A stretch of 64,000 nt of DNA from Escherichia coli (GCF_001677475.2 NZ_CP015229.1), one strand, 5' to 3'. Counted from the first letter of the stretch, positions 24,386 through 32,468 are shown. The notes: generated by a model from the letters alone, not told the origin. A program made the numbers and translations.

Positions 24386-24550
24386 TGAGTCACTCTCTAT
24401 GACAGATGTAATTAATTAAGCAGCATAATGATAATGCGTAAGGGCACCCAGAAGTTTTACCCATCTTTACGCATTTGATCTGGAACAGGTTTAACAGCGG
24501 ATTATCAGGTCATTAAGCAAATATAACGCCCTGAGAATTTCGACAGGCAA

Positions 24551-24582
24551 AAGAAAAAGGGGTTAGCATTTAGCTAACCCCT
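24551..24582 (-). terminator. terminator downstream of the serT 3' end
   Basis: AGGGGTTAGC/GCTAACCCCT hairpin followed by a T-run on the minus strand. Confidence 0.75.
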
Positions 24583-24591
24583 TATCTTATT

Positions 24592-24651
24592 TGGCGGAAG
24601 CGCAGAGATTCGAACTCTGGAACCCTTTCGGGTCGCCGGTTTTCAAGACCG
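24592..24651 (-). pseudogene. serT: 3' 60 nt of tRNA-Ser(UGA) serT; prophage att junction
   Basis: TGGCGGAAGCGCAGAGATTCGAACTCTGGAACCCTTTCGGGTCGCCGGTTTTCAAGACCG is the reverse complement of the CCA end, T arm, long variable arm and anticodon region of serT. The match stops at 24651, where AT-rich phage DNA begins. Confidence 0.85.
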
Positions 24652-24792
24652 AAGAAAAATAAAGAAAAATCAGTATAATACGCAAAATAGCCGAAAAGTT
24701 AATCAGACTTAACACCAAGAAAAATCAAGATGTTAGGGAGTTATTCAGAGTTAATATACCAGGTCTTTTTGCCAGAAAATTTTCTGGATTGT

Positions 24793-25812
24793 CTACTTAC
24801 TGACCACAAGCGGCAAATCCAGTGTTGGCGTGATTTTGGTTTTACGATCGTAAATCAACACCTGATTTTCTGTTTTGTGTCCACTGAAAATTTGTTTGTC
24901 GCGACTGCTGCCTTCGTAATCTGAAATCCCTTTGGCTTTTATGTCATGGAAGTTGCACCCAAACGGAACGCCGGCTTTTTGCTCGGCTGCACGTTTAGCC
25001 TGATTCCACCAGTTGTTCAGCGTCTTGGCTATTACCTTCCCGCCTTTGGTTGTGTTGATCACATACTCGCATGTGCCGGAAGATACATTTCGGGCTAACT
25101 GGATCGCCGTACGTAATCGCGGAGACCATTCCTTGATTTGTTTAGTGCCAGTCTTGTTTTGCTCAATGTAAATCCCTTTATCCATAATATCCTGCCATTT
25201 CAGCTCGAGTACATCACCGAGCCTTGCCGCACAAAGATAGGATATCTCCATTGCAATACGTAACTGTGGAATTGCTTCCGCATATATTGCTGCATACTGT
25301 TCATCGGTGATGTAAACAGTACGGGCTTTAAGTGTGAATTTTCTGACACCTTTGCATGGATTATTTTTCACATACCCACGCTCATATCCCCATCCGTATA
25401 CACGGCTCAGACTTGCCAGTTCATGGTTTGCCTGGGTCTTGCTCTCAAGTCCTCGCTTATCCATGAAAATTCTTACCTGTTCAATTTTTACATTATCAGC
25501 AAGCACTTTTCCGAATACTGCCAACAATGCCCTTTGATGTTGCCGATAATCTTTTTGGGTTCGGGGGGCCAGTTCTGTAAATGCAGGGGAGTCCATAAAC
25601 ATGTGCCATAATTTAGCTACTGTCATTATGTTGTGGAGTTTTGCTTTTTCCAGCTCATAATTTTGCCAGACTTTAGCTACGCTGGTTTCCCGCACTCTTC
25701 CGAGCCCTATAGTTCTTGTGCTTCCTTCGGGTTTCCATACGTAACTGTAACCGTTCGATCTAACACGCGGTGGTAGTGCATTATCTTTTTTGTTTTTTCT
25801 TGGTCTTCCCAT
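24793..25812 (-). CDS. int: prophage tyrosine integrase
   Basis: 339 aa, adjacent to the att junction. The C-terminal catalytic region shows ARLGDV...HDIKAKG...GHKTENQVLIYDR (R..H..H..Y pattern). Confidence 0.88.
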   Translation of the reverse strand: MGRPRKNKKDNALPPRVRSNGYSYVWKPEGSTRTIGLGRVRETSVAKVWQNYELEKAKLHNIMTVAKLWHMFMDSPAFTELAPRTQKDYRQHQRALLAVFGKVLADNVKIEQVRIFMDKRGLESKTQANHELASLSRVYGWGYERGYVKNNPCKGVRKFTLKARTVYITDEQYAAIYAEAIPQLRIAMEISYLCAARLGDVLELKWQDIMDKGIYIEQNKTGTKQIKEWSPRLRTAIQLARNVSSGTCEYVINTTKGGKVIAKTLNNWWNQAKRAAEQKAGVPFGCNFHDIKAKGISDYEGSSRDKQIFSGHKTENQVLIYDRKTKITPTLDLPLVVSK

Positions 25813-26032
25813 TGTTCAGCGCCTCAAAATCGGGTTCAGCGGAAACCAGCTCAGGTGCTTTTGGCATCGTTGTCAGTCCGTGTGGAATATCCCTGCGAAG
25901 AACTATTGGTTCGTTTTTAGGACCGATTACAAATGGGATGCCGTGCAGCCTTAACTGGTGTTGCTGTTTTGTGTATCGCTCGTATTTCGTGATCTCTTGA
26001 ATCTCTGCTGGCGATAGAGTTAATTCGTACAT
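25781..26032 (-). CDS. xis: excisionase-like protein
   Basis: 83 aa, overlapping the int start by 32 nt. Position and size are typical of Xis. Confidence 0.6.
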   Translation of the reverse strand: MYELTLSPAEIQEITKYERYTKQQHQLRLHGIPFVIGPKNEPIVLRRDIPHGLTTMPKAPELVSAEPDFEALNNGKTKKKQKR

Positions 26033-26098
26033 GTGGTCACGTGCCTTACAGCATGACCGCCGCCAATATAATTCGGAGACGGCGATCAGGGGTGAACA

Positions 26099-28549
26099 TT
26101 AAAAATCAACCGGATTCGGGATCAGTTTTTGCCAGATTGCTGAAACGTATTTTGCCTGGTAACGAGCGTCATCAAGTGCATTATGGCGCTCACCTTCGAA
26201 TGGGATAGCTGTTCTGGCATCGAAGTCTATGGCTTTCCCCAGCTCAACGATTGTGCGTACATCGCGATCGTTGCAGTAGCGCCAAGGGCAGGGGATACCC
26301 TGTCGTTCGTATGAACGGCGTAAAATCACGTTGTCGAAGTTGGCCCCATTACCCCAGACCTGAACAAAAAATTCACCGGAGTTTTCGTCGATAAATTCCC
26401 GCAATTGCAGCAGTGCATCATCTAACGGGATTTCATCGGTCAGAATGGCAGATTGCGCCTCGCGTGATTGCTTAAGCCACCATTTTATGGTGTCACGATT
26501 AATGACTCCGCCAGCAGTTTCCAGATCGATGGTCTTACTAAATTCCGGCCCCATATCTCCGGTTTGCGGATCGAAAAATATTGCACCTATTGAGATAATC
26601 GGGGCATCGGGATTTTTTCCCATGGTTTCAAGGTCGATCATAAGATGGTCACATGACCTGCTTGTGGATGTGATATTGTGATAACCGTTCACCTTAATTA
26701 AGGGATCTGTTGCTTCGCCAGTTTCATTATCGCTGGCGTGATGCTGATTGCCTCCAGTGTTCTCCTTGTGTGGATGTTCAGCGCCTTCCATTTCCTCCGG
26801 ATCATTCTCCTGAGCTTCAACCTGATTCTCTTCATCGAATGTTTCCTGGTATGTTGCGTTTCCCATGACCGCGCCACAGTCAGGACAGTTGCCGCCGCTG
26901 CTCTGACCGCAGACGGTGCAGACTTTTTCCGGTTCCTGTTGCACTACTGGTTCGGATTGTTTCGTTTCTGGTTCGTTTTGTTGCGCATTTGGGCTGTTTT
27001 GTTCCGCTTTCTGGTCGTTCTGTGCCGTTTCTTGCTGGTTCTGGTTCACAGAATCGCGGGTTTCAATCCCCTTCACCCATTTCGGATCATTCGGGTCGCT
27101 AATCCCTGCAACAAATTCACCACGTGATGCAGCGAGCAACTGACTGGCGTCAGGCAGGCTGATATTGGCTGCCTGCATAATTTTGTTTACTTCGTCAGCG
27201 GTAACTTTTACCTGATTAACCGGATCTATCTGTGCCTGAGTATCCAGCGATTGCGTGTCCTGGCGAAGTTCAGTTGTATCCGGCTCCATTGCTTCAGTCG
27301 TTGCCTGTTCATCTGCCATTGCGTCAGACGGTTGTGATTTTTCATCATTATTTTTTTCTTCTTCTGTTTCGCGTTTAGCAGCCAGTTCGCGGTTAACTTC
27401 TTCCTGGATATCTTTTTCCGGTGTATGTCGTGCAGCAGCGAGAGTTTCTTCGGTAGGGTTCTCGTGATCAGTCTCCGTTAAGTGGGCGTTGATATACTCC
27501 TGAAGGCGTCCCGGGTAGAGATAAAGTTCAGGGTGAGCACTTCGGATAAGTGCAAAAATAGCGGCACGGGAATAATCCAGAATACCAGGGGTTGCGCGAA
27601 GTGCTGCGGACCATTCTTTGAACGGACTTTCTTTCTTCCGGACGACTTCTTTTGCGCGACGATAAACGCTGCCCGGAATTTCATAAATATTAAAATCCAT
27701 CGGAAGTGTGGCCGCTGCAATCTCCACATCCAGCGTATCGAAGGTGTGTACTAAATTCGGATTGCGATCGGTTTTGTTCCCGCCGCCAGCATTAGCACCG
27801 GAAGCCGTGCGGATGATGCGTGAAACACGATTCCCCTTCATCCACTCTTTTGTAAGCAGACCGCGATCGGTGTAGTCAGCGCCCAGGTATGCTTCGAAAA
27901 AAGCAGTCATCAGTCCCAGGTCTGAATTGCCAGGATTAGGGAAAACTTTGTCAGTGTCACGAACCAGTTTGTGGAGATCGCGAATTTCCAGCGGTTCGAG
28001 TTGCGCTGCTTTATTTGAGATGGCCAGCGCGGTAACGGCGGGAAGTTTTTCATCCTGTGCGTTATGTAATGCGCGCAGTTCGCCCCGCGAAACGTGAGTG
28101 ATCGGTTTTTCGCTGCCGTGCTGAGCAAGCCAGCGAATGGGAAGTATCTGGCCAGAAACCGGGAGTAGCATATTCTCCTCAATATCAGTCATGTCTTCGC
28201 CGTTGACGTTGGTATTGTCAGTGCTGGCTGGTTTATCCTGAACAGAGGGCGCGATAAATACCATTGTGATACCATCTTCCCCGCCTTTTTCGTATCGGTT
28301 GCAGAATTCGGTATCAAACACACCTTCCGGAGGCAGGTCATTCACAACGGGTAAATGGACGCGGACGGGTTTTTTAAAGTCGTCTTCATCATAATCGTTG
28401 TCATCCATTGCGGTAATACAACGGGAGATGGCAACAGATAATTTTTTTGCTGTGGTCCAGTAAAAACCACCTTTAATTCCCAGGCGTTTTCTGACTTTGT
28501 CATTTTTTGCTTCGCAATATAGCGCAAATTCTTCTTTTTCAGTGCTCAT
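26099..28549 (-). CDS. large early protein with C-terminal DEDDh 3'-5' exonuclease domain
   Basis: 816 aa. The C-terminus has DLETMG, NGANFD and HNALDDA motifs (Exo I/II/III). The central region is an acidic/Q-rich linker plus a CTVCG..CPDCG zinc ribbon. Confidence 0.8.
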   Translation of the reverse strand: MSTEKEEFALYCEAKNDKVRKRLGIKGGFYWTTAKKLSVAISRCITAMDDNDYDEDDFKKPVRVHLPVVNDLPPEGVFDTEFCNRYEKGGEDGITMVFIAPSVQDKPASTDNTNVNGEDMTDIEENMLLPVSGQILPIRWLAQHGSEKPITHVSRGELRALHNAQDEKLPAVTALAISNKAAQLEPLEIRDLHKLVRDTDKVFPNPGNSDLGLMTAFFEAYLGADYTDRGLLTKEWMKGNRVSRIIRTASGANAGGGNKTDRNPNLVHTFDTLDVEIAAATLPMDFNIYEIPGSVYRRAKEVVRKKESPFKEWSAALRATPGILDYSRAAIFALIRSAHPELYLYPGRLQEYINAHLTETDHENPTEETLAAARHTPEKDIQEEVNRELAAKRETEEEKNNDEKSQPSDAMADEQATTEAMEPDTTELRQDTQSLDTQAQIDPVNQVKVTADEVNKIMQAANISLPDASQLLAASRGEFVAGISDPNDPKWVKGIETRDSVNQNQQETAQNDQKAEQNSPNAQQNEPETKQSEPVVQQEPEKVCTVCGQSSGGNCPDCGAVMGNATYQETFDEENQVEAQENDPEEMEGAEHPHKENTGGNQHHASDNETGEATDPLIKVNGYHNITSTSRSCDHLMIDLETMGKNPDAPIISIGAIFFDPQTGDMGPEFSKTIDLETAGGVINRDTIKWWLKQSREAQSAILTDEIPLDDALLQLREFIDENSGEFFVQVWGNGANFDNVILRRSYERQGIPCPWRYCNDRDVRTIVELGKAIDFDARTAIPFEGERHNALDDARYQAKYVSAIWQKLIPNPVDF

Positions 28550-28639
28550 TGATAAACCTCATTACAGATTTAAGGGTGAACAAATCCCTGCCATTGCTGG
28601 CATATAAAAATGAAACCGGATATTTATTACTGTGCTGTT

Positions 28640-28831
28640 TTAAAGTCCTGCCGGGACTTCGTTATTATCCATGCGAATAACTTTATCGACCGGATAACAG
28701 TTACCGGGAATTTTTTGTTCTGCTGCGGCAGCCATGCATTCTTTCATTGAACCGTATAAGCCAGTCACCAGCTCAAGAGATTCGCCGGAAACAAGATAAA
28801 CTGTCAGAACGAGTGCAAATGTTGTATTCAT
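28640..28831 (-). CDS. small secreted/membrane protein (DUF1482-like)
   Basis: 63 aa with a hydrophobic N-terminus, translationally coupled to the upstream gene. Confidence 0.55.
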   Translation of the reverse strand: MNTTFALVLTVYLVSGESLELVTGLYGSMKECMAAAAEQKIPGNCYPVDKVIRMDNNEVPAGL

Positions 28832-29016
28832 TGTTTATATCCTTTTTGCCGCAGGTCCAGACGAGCCAGCATTGAAGGAATGCATACTTCATTTAACAGG
28901 TCCTGCTCGAGTGTTCTCTGCTTAATGGCGTCTTCAATAAATGTTTTGTCTCCGGTGATAACGCCAATTTCGAAACGAAGTTCAGACGTACTGGCATTGC
29001 ATGATAACTTTTCCAT
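28828..29016 (-). CDS. dicB: DicB-like cell-division inhibitor
   Basis: 62 aa. FEIGV..F.EDAI..R...LLN..CI.SMLARL.L..KG matches my recollection of Qin DicB. It lies downstream of a DicF-like RNA, as in Qin. Confidence 0.75.
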   Translation of the reverse strand: MEKLSCNASTSELRFEIGVITGDKTFIEDAIKQRTLEQDLLNEVCIPSMLARLDLRQKGYKQ

Positions 29017-29190
29017 TATCGCGTCCTCAACAATGAATTTTGTGATGCGGTGCCTGGTGCCTCCAGGTGACGTTAACCAGTTAACAATTAACGCCGGAGT
29101 ATTTCACGTTACGCCAGTAAAGGACCGCTTTACTGTTTTAACTGTTCCGCGTGCGCTTAGCCGCATTCACCGCATCACAAAATTCACTTT

Positions 29191-29249
29191 AAAAAGGGCG
29201 GACATCAGCCAGCAATGAAAACTGATGCCGCCAAAGGTACCAATCAACA
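29191..29249 (-). ncRNA. dicF: DicF-like sRNA
   Basis: The minus strand reads ...CCTTTGGCGGCATCAGTTTTCATTGCTGGCTGATGTCCGCCCTTTTT. The core TTTGGCGG(C/T)ATCAGTTTT and the GGCGG...CCGCC-T5 terminator match E. coli DicF. The 5' end is approximate. Confidence 0.75.
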
Positions 29250-29573
29250 TGGAGTGTTGCGGCGGGGTTGTCACTCAGGCGTATGGTCAACCTGACAACC
29301 CGGTGTCACCAGTGGGGGTAAGGAAAACCCCGCCATACTTACCGCCGCGCCATTTCGCGGAGTGCCACAACCGGAAGCGCACGGTCGACGAAAATTTAAC
29401 GACAGGCTATCTATGAACCATAAACCTCGCCGTGCGCTTTCGCGTTATGCCCTGACTTTTCAGGGAAATATCCTTTCAGTAAACTGTCAGTGCCGGATGT
29501 TCACCCGTGTCCGGCGCACGCACTCCACCTCACCCGTGGAGAACCCCTTAATTACCAACCCTCAGGAGAGTGA

Positions 29574-29807
29574 ATGTTAAAATCAACTCTTATTGCTAAA
29601 TGCCTTTATCAAAATCGCATGGTAAGCAGCATTTCAATAGGCGAGTCTGCAGTTAAAAGTATTTTCGAAGAGTTCTTTCCCGGGCATGATTTTAATAAAT
29701 GGAATACCAAATTACCGCCAGCAGTTTCAACGCGTATTCTGAAAGCAACTGAAAGAGCAAGTACAATTCGCGTTAACTATTTCATTAAAGATTTGTGGGA
29801 TCTTTGA
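29574..29807 (+). CDS. hypothetical AT-rich protein (opposite to early-left operon)
   Basis: 77 aa with a strong RBS, AGGAGAGTGAATG. It converges on and overlaps the next gene by 23 nt. Confidence 0.45.
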   Translation: MLKSTLIAKCLYQNRMVSSISIGESAVKSIFEEFFPGHDFNKWNTKLPPAVSTRILKATERASTIRVNYFIKDLWDL

Positions 29808-30204
29808 TATCCACAGAGCCTAAAGTATGTGCATATGGATGTGCTATTGTGCGCCCTCGCAGATTTGCATCATTTTCTAAATTCACTGAACGAAACAGGG
29901 CATCAACAAGGCTCTGTACAATGCAAAGGCAATCGAAGACTGTCGCTGTTTCTGTTTTGATTGATGAAAGAACATGGCCATTCACGCAAACAGAAATTAC
30001 CCGTTCATTAACATCGCTTTCCTGCTTTTGATTATCAGAACTATATAGCCCAGAAAAAGCATTGCGCACATTATGAACCATATTATCGATGGTTTCTTTT
30101 TCTACGGTACTCAGGTCAAGAGTCGCCAGTTGAGAACGAACTATATTCGCTGCCATTTCCTGGAATGGTACTGGTAAATCTTTAAATTCCATCGTCAACC
30201 TCAT
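29785..30204 (-). CDS. hypothetical early-left protein
   Basis: 139-aa ORF. A likely alternative start is MEFKDL at 30192. Confidence 0.55.
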   Translation of the reverse strand: MRLTMEFKDLPVPFQEMAANIVRSQLATLDLSTVEKETIDNMVHNVRNAFSGLYSSDNQKQESDVNERVISVCVNGHVLSSIKTETATVFDCLCIVQSLVDALFRSVNLENDANLRGRTIAHPYAHTLGSVDIKDPTNL

Positions 30205-30207
30205 CAG

Positions 30208-30462
30208 TCAGTGGTTTTCAATCTCTCGTGAAACGTTTAATGCCGCGCTTTTTGCCAGAGTGGTAATATCCAGCTCCGCTGACGCCAGTTCTTTAGAGAG
30301 GTGCTCTTTGTTGTTAGCAGCCTGTTTCAGGTCATTAATGGCGCGTATCTTCCCGAACATCCATTCGTAAATTTCATCATCGGTATAGCCTGGTGCGATG
30401 ATGGTGGGTTCTGGTTTCTGCATGTCAGCTCCTTGTGGTTCGCATTGCCTGCTTTTAACCAC
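30208..30462 (-). CDS. hypothetical early-left protein
   Basis: 84-aa ORF with an alternative start MQKPEP at 30423. Confidence 0.5.
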   Translation of the reverse strand: MVKSRQCEPQGADMQKPEPTIIAPGYTDDEIYEWMFGKIRAINDLKQAANNKEHLSKELASAELDITTLAKSAALNVSREIENH

Positions 30463-30515
30463 GTCAGGCGAGGTGGTATCCTCTGAGGGGTCTGTTACTC
30501 GAGAGGAAATTGGTT

Positions 30516-30716
30516 ATGAATACAATCAAGTTTTCTTGCCCAGAATGTGGTGGCGAAGTCTTTGACACATCCTTTAAGCCGCAGGGCTCTGACAGTTTCG
30601 CGGGAGCCATCTGCAAAAATTGTGGTCACCTTGTAACTGAAGATGAGTCCTCGCAGTTCGATGACGAAATCGTTGATAATATCTTCGGCGCACTCACCAG
30701 AGATTTCCTGAAGTAA
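30516..30716 (+). CDS. zinc-ribbon protein (CPECGG...CKNCGH) with acidic tail
   Basis: 66 aa with RBS GAGAGGA 8 nt upstream. It has two CxxC pairs and E. coli-like codon choice. It overlaps an antisense 118-aa ORF, so the strand assignment is uncertain. Confidence 0.45.
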   Translation: MNTIKFSCPECGGEVFDTSFKPQGSDSFAGAICKNCGHLVTEDESSQFDDEIVDNIFGALTRDFLK

Positions 30717-31033
30717 AAGCGCATGCCGTTTAGTTACCGCTCTGATCATTCTTACTTGTCCGGTAATGGCGCTGACATCAGTATAAAGCGCCATTGCTGC
30801 TTCTTTGCCGATCCCAGGATGCCTTCCATTCTGATGTTTGACTTCGCCCACTGAGAAATCCTCTGTTTCCCCTTAACGCCGGGGTAGCGGAACAAAAACC
30901 TGCTGCATAGTTAAAGTTGAACCCTGCCGTCATGTTCTTACGCCTCGGGCTGGCTACTTAACCCCTGACCACTGCCTGGTAACTCGAAGTATTGCCCTGC
31001 GTTTTGTGGGGCGGGGTGGGTTAGTAAAAATAG

Positions 31034-31061
31034 TTTATACAAAAATAAACTAAACAGTCAA
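31034..31061 (-). promoter_or_regulatory. PL-like early-left promoter with palindromic operator
   Basis: The minus strand reads TTGACT-16 nt-TATAAA. The palindrome AGTTTAT-N6-ATAAACT overlaps it. It is nearly identical in layout to the PR-like promoter at 32469. Confidence 0.6.
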
Positions 31062-31116
31062 TATGCAACTTAACTCTTTGGCGAGGATAACCCCTGTTGA
31101 GAGGGGCTTCGGGGGA

Positions 31117-31404
31117 TTAAGGTGTTACAGGGAACTGTCGGCGGGCGTGAACTACGCTAACAATTTCAATGCCTGAAATTGTCACGCGGTATAGAATTAT
31201 GTAATTGGGGTGAGCAACAATTTCACGCAAACCCGGAACTCTGTCGCTTGGCGGGTATAAATACGGATGCTCAGATAATGGCAGGACGCAAGTCCTTAAG
31301 CGTTTCCACAAACGTTCTGCCGCATCTATATCAAAACGAGCAATATAGCTAGTTATATCATCCAAGTCGGCATCTGCGCTTTCGAGCCATAAAACCGGTA
31401 ACAT
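31117..31404 (-). CDS. parE: ParE-family toxin (ParE2-like)
   Basis: 95 aa, MLPVLWLESADADLDDITSYIARFDIDAAERLW..., recognised as the ParE toxin of the O157 PaaR-PaaA-ParE system. Confidence 0.85.
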   Translation of the reverse strand: MLPVLWLESADADLDDITSYIARFDIDAAERLWKRLRTCVLPLSEHPYLYPPSDRVPGLREIVAHPNYIILYRVTISGIEIVSVVHARRQFPVTP

Positions 31405-31596
31405 TTACTGCTTGCTCCGTTCCTTGCGCATGTTAGCAAAGCGTTCAGCCATTCTGCGTTCAACTTCGTCATGTGGGATGGCTGGACGTGGATCAGCAAG
31501 GCTTGCGGCCACTTTTGCACGCAGCCATTCGTTATAACTATTTTCTTGCTCGATGGTTTCAAATTCAGAAACCATTGGTGAAAGGGCTGTGTTCAT
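31405..31596 (-). CDS. paaA: PaaA-like antitoxin
   Basis: 63 aa from MNTALSPMVSEFETIEQENSYNEWLRAKV. It abuts the parE start. Confidence 0.8.
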   Translation of the reverse strand: MNTALSPMVSEFETIEQENSYNEWLRAKVAASLADPRPAIPHDEVERRMAERFANMRKERSKQ

Positions 31597-31631
31597 GGCG
31601 AACCTCGTTTTGTAAGTGCTGGTAATTCTGC

Positions 31632-32027
31632 CTAGGTAACTTTTTGTTGTGCTGCTAGCCACCTTGCAACTATACGATCCATTGTCTCTTTTTTTTCCTT
31701 CATATCTTTAAGTATTTGCTGTTGATCTTCCTCTGGAAATGCCTCAAATGTTTGAAGTAGCTCCTTTTGCTTAGGAGATATTTTTAATATATCCTGTGTT
31801 TTGTCTTCTTTTTCTTCATTTAATGGTAAGAAAAACCAATGTTGGGGAAAACCCGTTACTTCAGATAGTTTATCTAGATTAGCTGCTGTAGGGCTTGATA
31901 TACCACAAACCCACCTTTGGACGGATTGTTGAGCAATACCAATTCTGCGCGCAAGCTCTGCTTGACTCCAGCCTTTTTCTAATAGAAGCATCTTAATTCT
32001 AAGAGCACTAATTTCGAGTACGCCCAT
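31632..32027 (-). CDS. paaR: PaaR-like XRE-HTH regulator
   Basis: 131 aa with the HTH LLEKGWSQAELARRIGIAQQSVQRW. It is the first gene of the three-gene module. Confidence 0.75.
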   Translation of the reverse strand: MGVLEISALRIKMLLLEKGWSQAELARRIGIAQQSVQRWVCGISSPTAANLDKLSEVTGFPQHWFFLPLNEEKEDKTQDILKISPKQKELLQTFEAFPEEDQQQILKDMKEKKETMDRIVARWLAAQQKVT

Positions 32028-32057
32028 CTGATATCTCTTGTTCCAGTATGTATCCCG

Positions 32058-32429
32058 TCAGGCTCGGCGACCTTGTCGCGCCAACCAACGTGCAACAAGA
32101 TCTTCCATTGCCTCTTTTTTATTTCTTAGTTCTTTTATGATCTCCTGCTGTTCATTATCAGGAAAAGCACTAAATATTTGTAGTAATTCCAATTGGTTAG
32201 GGGTTAATGCCATAGATCTTGATGACGAAGATTCTGTTGTGTCTTCAGGTTCCATATCAAGATAACCCCCAGGCATCCCATATGTTTGCTCAATACGTCT
32301 AGCTGCCTTTTCGCCAAACGTAGATTTACCGCTCATTAACTGAGATAAGTAACTTTTCTCTTTAGGCGGCAAAGTCCTGTCTTTGAACCACTCTTTGAGG
32401 CGTAAACGCCGAATCTCTTTTGTTTCCAT
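32058..32429 (-). CDS. cI-like prophage repressor (no S24 peptidase domain), paralogue of PaaR C-terminus
   Basis: 123 aa, divergent from the cro-like gene across a promoter/operator region. The C-terminal segment LTPNQLELLQIFSAFPDNEQQEIIKELRNKKEAMEDLVARWLA aligns with PaaR ISPKQKELLQTFEAFPEEDQQQILKDMKEKKETMDRIVARWLA. Confidence 0.7.
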   Translation of the reverse strand: METKEIRRLRLKEWFKDRTLPPKEKSYLSQLMSGKSTFGEKAARRIEQTYGMPGGYLDMEPEDTTESSSSRSMALTPNQLELLQIFSAFPDNEQQEIIKELRNKKEAMEDLVARWLARQGRRA

Positions 32430-32468
32430 ACATTCATTATCTTTAGTAATTGCAAAACAAGCAAATAC

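Noticed and set aside
29225-29580. Plus-strand ORFs of 63 and 72 aa upstream of DicF.
   Set aside because: They are Pro/Arg/Cys-rich, lack an RBS, and lie across strong hairpins. The region is better explained as structured RNA.
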